DNA from: Ylistrum balloti
Taxonomy: Eukaryota
DNA length: 64,000 nucleotides
Reading direction: 5' to 3'
Assembly: GCF_031769215.1 (NCBI RefSeq)
Contig: NW_026782129.1
Span: forward strand, 744,001-808,000
The notes below the pieces were generated by a model that saw only the letters and a program-made list of their open reading frames with translations, searched no databases and was not told the DNA's origin. Shown here piece by piece: positions 48,848-60,400 of the stretch (position 1 is the stretch's first letter; the number at the start of each line of letters is the position of its first letter). Position numbers and translations under genes: made by a program.

Positions 48848-49440
48848 CAGTGTTAGTATTTATAGTATGTATTACGTGTATCCAATAATAGATGCCGAAA
48901 CTCCTGGCTTCTATTCAAACCAGGGACAGGCTATTCAATGACCTTGCTGTGTTGTCGCCAACAAAGGTTTTGTTTTACCGTCAATATCTTCCTGGTGTTT
49001 TAATGTTTATATTGCTCTGTGTTTCTAATGGCATGGAGCAAGTAAATAACAAATACATAACAGTTAAGATGTAGAAAAATAACTTAAAAAAAAAGAATAT
49101 AAATAGATAACTTCTGAAAAGTCCAAAGACTGGCGAAGAGAGAGGTATCAAACCTTTAATATCGTCATATATATAGGGAGAAAATTAAAACTTTCTGAAT
49201 GTCGATCTGGTTATCAGATGTAAACAGAAAGCAGGGGTTCGGCTTATTTATGATTTAACAGGGATTTATCATGATCCTGATCACGTCAACATCAACATAT
49301 TATTGAATATCAAACATTGCAATAAAGCGTCTTTACTTAAAAAATATGTTCTTGCATCTAACATACCTTGATAAATCCAGTGTTAGTATTTATAGTATGT
49401 ATTACGTGTATCCAATAATACATGCCGAAACTCCTGGCTT
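48848..49440. repeat. Pair of 63-bp direct repeats 530 bp apart
   Basis: CAGTGTTAGTATTTATAGTATGTATTACGTGTATCCAATAATA(G/C)ATGCCGAAACTCCTGGCTT at 48848-48910 and 49378-49440, one mismatch. Confidence 0.92.
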
Positions 49441-50529
49441 TTAGTTGTGCATTCGATGTTTTCTTGGTGCTTTAAAATCCTTTTCTACGAATAAAATAGA
49501 TATTACAAAAGCAACTGAGTATCGGCGCTTAAATAAAACTAATACTCGAACTCAGCACAGAGAGAATACAGTTTGAGATGATGCAATAAAAACTAATAAT
49601 AAATCCATGTAATAGGTTTTACCATCAGTAGAGGTAATAACACTTAATAAGGAACACTTTTTTTCTTAATAAAAAGTAGTATCTTCGATATATGTTTACA
49701 CTCAAAGGAAACTACACGGAAATGTTAGTGCGTGTACAAACTCCCTTTATCATTCGGCGTCATAATGAGGTGTTGACCCCAAAAATGTGTGTCATTCATG
49801 CGACTTCAGGATTTGCTGGACCTCATTTCAAAGGGGGAGGGGGTAAAGTATATATGTTGTGTACGCATTTCCAGTTTACCTATGTGACGTTGTCTCGTTC
49901 TCGTTTGGTGGTCTTTGTTTGGCATTGTCAGGGTAGGTAGCTATTGTTTCAATAAGATTTACATATGTGGAGTTAATATAAATTATACATTAAATCTTGT
50001 ATCTGTCTACTTAGATAATATGAGAGGAATTCATGTTTTTAACACTGTAGGAAATGTATGTGTTTAAGTATTTTATTCTTTGTATTGTAGGGTCTTCGAC
50101 TAAATCTAGATGGCATCGGCGGTAAGCCTTTCAACGCTGCATCAGTTGTCACCCAAGAAATATTGAGCCTATTCCATGATATCCCTTCCCATGTACGCTC
50201 TCATTTTTGAAGACATTTGGGATGTAAGGAAATTCCGAGCTATCGTAGAACTTTATACAAACATGGAAGATGAGAAAGTACAAATTAAGAAGCGGAAACG
50301 ATGTAGACCAATAATAAGTAACGAAAGTAATGACAGTTTTACGTACTTAGAAAAAATATATACAGGGTACGTTTAGGGTTAATCTAGATCTGCTAAATCA
50401 TGTGACATAAAGCCATTTTTTAAAGAACATGTACCTTGTAACTGAGTAATTACACTTTTTTTAGTAAATCAACCATTTATGTATTTAATTCTTAGCTGAA
50501 AGGAACAGGTCTGTTTGTCCTGATTATAA

Positions 50530-52575
50530 TTTTAAATATGCTCACTCAGCTGATGGAGCATGCTTCTTCAGCTCAGTTAGTTGACTGGTCGATTATCATG
50601 CCAGAGATCCAATGAAGTATGATAAAGTGAAGGCCATGGTAAAGTAATCGCCTTTCATTTCACCATTGTAATAAAGAAAAAAAAATAATAAAAAAAAGAA
50701 AAGAAAAAGAAAAAAGATCAATCAATTACTGACTAGTACTCAATAACCAAAAGGCCCAGGGTGCTGCTATTGGACTTGTATGATGCTGAGATGGAGGGCT
50801 ACCCAGTTTTTTAAATATGAATTACCTTGGGCCACGTTCAAGGCCACAGGGGTCAAATGTGTTAATATGTGCACAGGATGCTGATATTGAATCTAGCATG
50901 CTTGGATTAAATGCTTCACTTCAGAGAGCTTCACTTTATCATGGCCATGGCAAAGTTAGACATTTCACTACTCTTTTACTAATTAACTTTTTTCTGACTA
51001 TTTATTTAGCTCATTCGGTCCAAATGACCTGTGAGCTTATGCCTAGCGCTGTCGGTCAAAGTTGTCACTACTATTCATTAATGGCTGTACAGATCTTGAC
51101 CAAATTTTATCAGAATCAACATTGGGGGAAGAGAAACCAATGATGAGGTGGATGAGGCCCAAAAGGGGAAAGTTTGTAAATTCTTAAAAAAAACCTACTC
51201 CTCCTTTAGGAATGAATTGATGTTCCCCAACTTTGTAGTGAAGCATAATTTGGTGAAAGGGTTAAATCTTTTTTGAACATTAGGTCTCAGCCTTCTTGGG
51301 CGTGGCCTAAAACGGGAAATTTTTCTATTTTTATTTTTTTTGATACGGGGAGTTTTTTTTTTAATTTTTTAAAAAAAATCCTATTCCTATTGTAGGAATG
51401 AATGGATATTGCCCAAATTTGATGTGAGGCATTCTTTGGTGAAGCAGAAACAGTTTTATGTAAACAGTAAGTCTTTTTGCCCTTGCAGATGGGGCCTAAT
51501 AGGGGAAATATGAAATTCTTCAAAATTCTACTCCTTTAGGAATGATGGGATTGTGCCCAAATTTATATAAGTTTTATATAAGCGGTACATTGTGGCCCCC
51601 TACTGAGGAGGGATGGCCCCCATTAGGGAAATGTAGATTCTTTAAAATCCTTCCTCCATACAAGGATATTGTTAAAGTTGGGTTGGAAGAAATTTTTAAG
51701 TCATCTGAACAGGAGGTTAAGGATGAACTATAGCCATCGTGTTTTGTTCATGGTCTTGCACTGTCTGCTGTCTACCATGTGTACATTTCCATTCAGATGA
51801 CTTCTTTTCAATAACCAAAAAGGCCCAGAGTGCTGATATTGGGCCTGTAGGATGCTGGCATATAGGCTACCAACTTTGTTAAAATGAATGACCTTGACCC
51901 ACAGGGGTCAAATGTGCTGAAATCTTTTAACAACTTCGCAATAACGAAAAGGCCGAAAGTGTTGATATTGGGCCTGTATTATGCTGGCATGAAGGGCTAC
52001 CAGGTTTGTTCATGTTATTGACCTACTAGACCTACTTTCAAGGTCTTTTGTTTCAAAAATGCCAGACTCTCTTAAATGATTTCTTGATAACCAAAAGACC
52101 AAGAGTGTTAATATTTGGCCTGTAGCATACTAAAATGAAGGGCTATCAATAATAATATGTTCATATCATTGGCCTTAACCGTTTTTCAAGGTCACATATG
52201 TCAAATACGTCAAAATCTTTAACCAATTCTTTTAAATAACCACAAGGTGTAGGACGCTTACCAATTTTGCCCCTATGGTTGACCATTTCTCTTTTTGAAG
52301 GTCACAAGTGTTAAAATCTTCAAACGACTTCTTCTCAATAATTAAGTGGTCCAGGCAGTTTAAATTGGTTCTTTAAAATAGGTGTACATGAAGGGCTTGC
52401 AAATTTATTAAAATAATTGACCTTGACCTATATTCAAGGTATCTTGTGCCAAATAAGTTGATATCTTAAAAGTATCTTTTTCAACAAGCAATGATATTTG
52501 AGAATATATGAACCAACAATGCCATCTTTGTTAACTGTAGAGTAGTTGAGCATTTTAGACCTGTTTGGACTCTTG
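50530..52575 (+). mobile_element. Cluster of degenerate non-autonomous Helentron-type (HINE-like) elements with ~140-bp internal repeats
   Basis: Head-like hairpins TTTAGCTCA..GGTC..GACC..TGAGCT (~51005) and TTTTAAGTCATCTGAAC...GATGAACTATAGCCATC (~51695). Repeated AATAACCAAAAGGCCCAG.GTGCTGATATTGG and GACCTTGACC/GGGGTCAAATGTG; tail-like GAGCATTTTAGACCTGTTTGGACTCTTG (~52550-52575). Confidence 0.7.
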
Positions 52576-52889
52576 CAAATATAAATATATATATTTCAAT
52601 GTTTTCAAAACTTTAAATGTTATCCTCAGGTCCTTGATACCAGAAGATCACTGAATGAACACTTCAGCTGGAGTGTAACAGAAAGATATTTAACTTTCAA
52701 TGAGGATTGAAAATTCTGTTGACAATACCTCGCCTAAGGGATTAAGGAGTTCCAGTTCTTGAAATAAGAAAGATTTTCATATAGAAAAGATGCTTTGAAA
52801 ATTTTCATTCGGAGATGTGAAACTACTCAGCTGTCAATGCTGAATAACTCCCTCCACTACCTCATGAATGCAGCAAACGGGTGTTCAAT

Positions 52890-53215
52890 CAGATGTAGTT
52901 TATCGTAAACCAGATTGGTGTTGAGCCCAATCCAATATATCATCTCTGTGCCATTGGACTGAACTGAACTGACTAATATCTATGAAATTAAAAAAAGACC
53001 TTTTAAATTGTTCAATTAATGTAAACAACAGAAACCAGAGAAACATTAATATCGCGATGTAAAAGAATTCAACTTTAAATTTCAAAAGGAGGCCTGCGTG
53101 ATGTCTTAATATTATACGATGTAGTAGTGCCCACATAGTCGGGAACGGATGAATATCGAAATCTCGACCCAGTGGGACAAAGCCGAGTGCCGTAACTAAA
53201 CACGTTTGAACATTT
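52890..53215 (-). mobile_element. Possible degenerate tRNA-derived SINE
   Basis: A/B-box-like TTAGTTACGGCACTCGG...GGGTCGAGATTTCGATA and SINE-like 3' end ending TTTACGATAAAC; heavily decayed. Confidence 0.3.
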
Positions 53216-54448
53216 AAAGAGGCTTTATGGTTTATTAGTACTATCTATATAGCATATTTATTTAATATGGAGACCTAGATCGATAAATGGAACATTTCTC
53301 GTGGTAAACGTGTTCACACTATAAACGACAGTGCGGTTTTCACCTGGGGCCGAGGATGACAGAGTTCCGTGCGATGACGCCGCAGTGCCGTTTACCTTGC
53401 ATTTGTCATACCCGTCACTGATTTTGATACAACTGAAATTGACTTCAACGTCCTTTATCGTGGAATAAAAATGAATGAACAGTTTTCAGTGATCGACTAC
53501 TTCATACGATCATAATTGATCAGGATGTATAAGGAGAGTGATTAATTAATCGTAACACAAAGTATTGTTATCGTTCTTCATTGGTTTTATTTTATATGGA
53601 ATCAACACAGAAACATTCTTTGTAAATATATGCTGTATACGTTCCCGCTGAAGTCAGTGGAGCGATGATAAAGATCGTCACGTACAAAAGGTTCCGTTTT
53701 ATATGTAGAGAACGTGTCTAGCCTTGACATGATGAATCTAAGACGGCCAAAGAATCGGAGTAAACCGGTTTGATCTAGTAAGGCTAGTGGTTTAATGTGA
53801 TACACTGTATGTATGTTTATGTATGATGTCAAGTAAATCGTTTTCATGGTCATTACCGAGTTCAAACCATGATCCTCCGTGACTTTGAAAGTATTTAGAC
53901 CGGGAGCGCGATGTATAATACGTATGTCTGCTTTCTATTGGGCAGCAAATACTTTAGAGGTTTACATTCATTTTATGAATTAACAAATTGACAAAAGTAG
54001 CGTATGATTTAGGATTTTTGCTGCTTGCAAAACAATGCTTTTTTCGCATGACTTATAATAAAACAGTTGTCACGTGTTTATCTAATATGATTACCGTAAA
54101 CAGTCACATGCGTTGTCAAGCTCCTGGTTAATATACGTGTCAACTGGTTTAAACTGGTCACCACTGGATCCAACATACAACCTTGATATTATGTAAATTA
54201 GCTACAGTACATAACAATAGGACATAAGTGATTCGGTTCTTGTTTAATCTCGGACATTGTATAAGATACAGTACTGGAACTTTATGTACCATGGTATGTA
54301 CCCGGATGTCAACGAATTACTCTTAATAGAAGTGTGTTCCATTATTTCCTCTCTGGTCCGTTAAAAGGTACATTCCTTGACATTTTATACAGTTTACAAT
54401 CTACGAGCTTCAAATCAAAGAGAGCTTCCAACATTCTTAGATGAAGAA

Positions 54449-57400
54449 ATGGCCGCGGATGAGGTAAAACCGTTACTGCAAGCGAAGCCGAGGACGTACG
54501 CCCGTCGCTGGTGGGTTCTCTGTTACGTCAGTTTGGCAAGCATGTTTGTTACATGCAGCTGGAATGCCTGGGGCCCAATCACTGCATCTGTTGAATATGG
54601 CTTCGGTTGGAACGACTCGGTCATAGCGGATATTCTCAATGTGGGACGACTTGCAATGTTCGCAAGCATAGTTCCCCTCAGTTACTTAGTAGATAAAAAA
54701 GGTAAGTCCTTCTTAACCTGTATAGGATGTATATAAAAGCTGAATTATCAAGTATACCCAAAGACGATACATTACCCGGCTTTCAAATACTTTTCATTCT
54801 TCACTTGATAACGAATATGTTGTTTAAAATTCTAGACCTTTTCGTACATACAACTCTTGCAATTATAAGCAGTAAACTTCGTGATGAATGTTTCGATTTC
54901 ATATTTTTGTTTTATTTATTCTTTACCCTTACATATCTTTTCGTATATTCGTTTCCCCGGCTAATATATATTTATGTTTATTCTTTTCCCTGGCTTACAT
55001 ATATATTCGTTTATTCTTTACCCAATGAAATACAAGATAATTCGGAGGTATTTTTGTGACAAGCGTAGTATAAATGATTGCAATATATAAATTTGTATTT
55101 AACTTATCAGTCTGACGTATAGAAATACATTCCATGACGACAATAATTTTGTTATGAATAGGGATCCGTATTGCTATGATAACGAGCAATACTCTGCTAC
55201 TAGTGGGATATATACTGCGCTGCTTAACTAACCTAACGACTTCCACATGGTACGTATATATATATTTCCATAGAAATCGAATTAAATGTATGCGCTATTT
55301 TGTTAAATGGTCAATACTGCTTTCATTCATACAATATATTATATGGAATTCTAAATATTGTAGACCATCTGTAGAATATACCGAATCATGCACACATCAC
55401 AAATCAGAGAAACAGAGTTGCCACTTGCTGAAATTTGAAAACATATACAGTACAACTTAGTCAGAGGCTGTCCCTGGTGGTTAGTTGTAAGTGTGGTGAT
55501 CCAGGAAGAAGGCTGATATGTTCTTCAATGTAAATTCAGATGAATATACATGTATATAATAAAACAGTGTGTCAGTTGTTACTTTGCTATATTCAGAACG
55601 TATCTGTTGTTGGTTTATAATGAGGATTCATCGTGTTATGAATATGATTTATGAAGATTTGGAGGCCAAAATTTCTAACATTAAACTTCTGTTCTTGTGG
55701 CGGTTAGTGAAATGATTCAGATTCGAAAACTATGGTAACATATTGATACATGCCAACTTAAGCTGGTATCGTGACTTAATCAGCTGAAGCTGTTGTGTGA
55801 CATTATTACTATGGTAACATATTGATACAAGCCAATTTAAGCTGGTATCGTGACTTAATCAGCTGAAGCTGTTGTGTGACATTATTACTATGGTAACATA
55901 TTGATACATGCCAACTTAAGCTGGTATCGTGACTTAATCAGCTGAAGCTGTTGTGTGACATTATTACTATGGTAACATATTGATACAAGCCAATTTAAGC
56001 TGGTATCGTGACTTAATCAGCTGAAGCTGTTGTGTGACATTATTACTATGATAACATATTGATACAAGCCAACTTAAGCTGGTATCGTGACTTAATCAGC
56101 TGAAGCTGTTGTGTGACTTTATTACTATGGTAATATATTGATGCAAGTCAGCTTTAGCTGGTATCGTGACTTTATCGGCTGAAGCTGTTGTGTGATATTA
56201 TTAATGTGACAATAAATTTGATATTTGATCAATATCAAATTTATAATTTTTATAATTTTATTCAATACAATGACAATATTACACAAATATCCATTATATT
56301 TGGGATGGGAAAACAAGCTTAAAGCGTATATTATTCCCGTCCAGAAATGATCGCCGATCTGTCAAATTAGATGATAATCTATTGTTAACTCGTTAAGTTA
56401 CTTTTTCATTACTTAGGCCGCCCTTGCTGGGACAATTGTTTATCGGTTTCGGCAATGTCGTCGCTTACAACGGACCAGCTGCAATGTCAGTGGCGTGGTT
56501 TCCACAAAACGAGCGTGCTACAGCCACGTCTATAGGAGTTATGAGTACATACATCGGTTTGGGGATCGCTTACGTCATCAGTATGTATCATAGTTTAATG
56601 TTTAAAACTGAAATCAAATGATTTTGATTTTTAATGTGACCTATTGCCTTATTGTACTAACGTTTTGGAATGTGTTGTATACCTTAACAGAAGTTAAAAA
56701 ACCTGGCCAACATGGATGATTGTTCTGTTTTAATCGTGATAGAAAAAATAACGTTTTTCGTTTAAACGTCACCGACTAATCAGATTACGCTTACGTTGTA
56801 CCTTTTCAGGGGAATCCGTTTAAATCTTCCTTCATATTTTGTCCTCACCTCATCGATTTTGAGTTTGAAATAAGATTATGTTGACAAGTTTATCATATCA
56901 TTATATCTCGAAGTAGCATGTGTTATTCATGGTTTTTCTTAAAACATACTTGCGTATCAACAAAGACGTTTACAGCATTTCTGTTTGGTACTAATGTTAT
57001 AGTGACATTTTTCAAACTTTAAACCTTCCGTTCTTAGATCCGCTCACGGTGTCAACACCTATGTTTGGCAAGGAGTCGACCTCGTACGAATATTTTAATG
57101 AAAGGTAAGTAATTAAATACAGTAAACTACTTTATATTGTTATTACACAAAAAAGAAAACAAAATACAACAGGGCGTCTCAAACCTTGAACCAGTCGATA
57201 CTTTGTGTTTGCTACGACGTTTTTGATTGGATGAACTGAAGCTGAAATAAACGAAGGTCGTATACCAAATTTCGTATATACAAGTGTTAGCAGTGGACCA
57301 TTAGAGTTTGATTTGTTCTAATAATAAAGAAACACATCCGATTATTGTTTTCTGTTTTGAAGGCTGACCACTTTGATTTATTCCTAGATTTTTATGTCGT

Positions 57401-60400
57401 GTGTTGCGTCATAGACTAAGGTGCATACTGATATTACGTAATCCTTAATGTGTTTGGAGATCAGAGACCTTTAGTTAAAATGGCTATCTCTGCAGCATGA
57501 ATGTAAGGGAGAAAGGATGTATGTACGTGTACATTTCAGCAAAAGGATTTTTGAATATTGATCCTTGGTGCAAACATTTCTGGTGACTTGAAAGACCATG
57601 ACGATACAAAATGTAAGGACATAGGGTAAATGACAGTAAGGGTGTGTGAATGTCTTTCTTTATTCTGTACCAGATAAAAATTCTGAAAAATAAAGTATAA
57701 GAAAAAAACCCCCAAAAAACGCAAACGCCCTACCAAAGTTTTCTGGCTCTGTTGCTCCCAAGAAAATTGGAAGCAACAATAGTTTACAAGGGTTAACTAC
57801 TCTTTGAACAGAAAAAAATGGACTTACCAAGCACCTACGTAACATCGTATTTTCTTATTGACTCTGCTTGCAATTGAATCTTGGACATCTGGTTTAACAG
57901 ACTAACGCTAAAAGGAAATTCTGCTTTAACAAGTCGGTAGGAAGCGGCTAGCATGTTACTAGTGTTATAGATACTCATTTATATGAAGAATCCGCCCAAA
58001 ACAAAAAGGTAGTAGCCTAAATTGGGAAAACAAAATTAGAGATTTGGTATGCTATATCACAGAGATTTATGTGTGAAGCGAGTTGATATAGTATTCCTGC
58101 TTCGGTAGAAGTTTATATATTACACGGATTCACATGAACTACTTCTCACTTCAGGTAACACCATAAGCGCTACAGAGAAAGGAAGAAACGTTTAATGTAA
58201 ATGCACTATTTATACCCGTGACGCAACACTTGTTTGTAAACAAACGAGAAGAAAATGTAGTAAATTTGAATGGTGTAGATCTTTAGAGTATTTTTCTTCA
58301 ATACAGAAACAAAATAGCTTACTTTTGTTATCATGTTTCATCTCTACGGTGCGCACTAAATGTATATCAAATGAAAAAAAAAGATGATGATTGATGATAA
58401 TCATGTTCTACATTAAAAAGAGTACAATGAATATATAATGACAGTGGTATCAATCGTTACAATTTCGTCATTTTTATCGGTTTGCTTTTCATTATGAGGC
58501 TCGCGACACTATTACAACTGCTTCAGTTCATTCAATCAAAGGCGCCGTTATGAATACTATCCAGCTTTGCACATACTTACTCCACATAATCGATTATGTA
58601 TTTCCATATTATACCCTATACATAGATTTATATAGAAATGATAGAACATGAATTTACAATTAGTTATCGTACTTTGTATTTACGATTATTCATTAATGGT
58701 AATAAACTGATATAAAGTGATTAAATATAAACGAGAAATAATTACAACATTTGTTATGTCATAGAGTTAATATACAGAAAGTTTAGATTTCTCCTTCTGC
58801 CCAACGGTTTTTTTATTCTTTAATGTAAGAGACAAGACAATTTGTTTGAAGAACAAAAAATGAATCATTCACACTAAAAGATAGTATTAGAAACTGTGAT
58901 ATGAATAAAACACTATTGTTAAGTATGTCCCACTTTGAATGAAAGGAGACCAGTTGCTGTTGTCGTTCTTTTCCTTATCTAATACAATCTTGCATATGAT
59001 ATACACCATTGGTTAAGATTGTGGATCTTACATCAAAGTTGAATCGTTTCTCTCTTTTATTGGTCAGTATCTTGTAAAGAACAGGGGCTATGTTCTTTAC
59101 CAATGCGGGGAGACAAATGTTTTTATCAAAAAGATATATAAAATAAAACAAATATTCTTGTTACATTCTGAATAACTCTTCACTGATATTTTCTTTTTAC
59201 TTATTCATATTTCTCCACAAACTGTAAATAAGTTTTCAAACGATATTCATTTTGAACAATATTTGAATACACTAGTACTTTAACGTAACTATTGATGTAA
59301 TAACCTAAGGCTATTACTAGATGTTATGTCCATCTGAATTACAGCAATCTCGCCAACTATACCGATCATGATTTTAATCTGGCTGCTAATATGACCAATG
59401 GTAGTGCAGGTAATATTGGTATGTATCCGTATTAAGTTTGACACGAATACGTTAAGTTATCAAATATGTTATACATTACATCACGCTTTTCGAATAATTT
59501 TGCGTGTTTAAAGACAATGATTATATAACATGTGGTGGGTTTTAGTGAGACAAAAATGATGAAAGGAATAGGTTATCGAACCAGCCAACCAGAAATAATG
59601 GAAACATGATATTGGATAAAGCACAAAACTGTATAATGAAAGAAGTGAATCTTTCTGTTTCTTCCTGTTTCCTGTCCTGGAATTAAATAATTGTTTAGGT
59701 AGACTGTGTTTTCCTCAGTCGCCTCCTAGGCTTCAAAATTTAAGCCCTTAACTGATGAATCCTAGAAGGACTAAACAGTTTCCTCAGTCGTCTTCCTAGG
59801 CTTCGAAATTTAGCATTCCGGACGAGTCCTAGAAAGACGAAACAATTGTATGTTGCAGTGTAATACATTGTTTGGCTCTACTGTACTTTAAATTTGTATT
59901 AAAAGGTGATATTAACGTGTGCTTCTTTTATACAATCTTAGATGACATAAAAGGCGATCATGGAATAGGGAAAGGTATCAATTTTATAAAGAAAATCGAG
60001 CAACGTTGTAGTTCTATGTCACATCATTTTGTGAACAATACTCCGGTGTGATTTGCGTCGTGTTATCTTGTGTACAACCACTCAGTGTCGTATCGCCAAC
60101 GAATAAAGCTCTTTCGTTACTGCTGACGATAAGAATAGGCAATGGTAAAAACCCGAAGGAATTATCAATTTAATTTACTGACTTCAGTTTATGTATATTT
60201 TTACCATATTTGCGTTTTCCCCTATTATTTGTGCTGATGAACCNNNNNNNNNNNNNNNNNNNNNNNNNNNNNNNNNNNNNNNNNNNNNNNNNNNNNNNNN
60301 NNNNNNNNNNNNNNNNNNNNNNNNNNNNNNNNNNNNNNNNNNNNNNNNNNNNNNNNNNNNNNNNNNNNNNNNNNNNNNNNNNNNNNNNNNNNNTGATTAT

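Noticed and set aside
57540-57900. Faint L1-like RT remnant on the minus strand (FSVQRVV..., RINIQKS)
   Set aside because: Too degraded to support.
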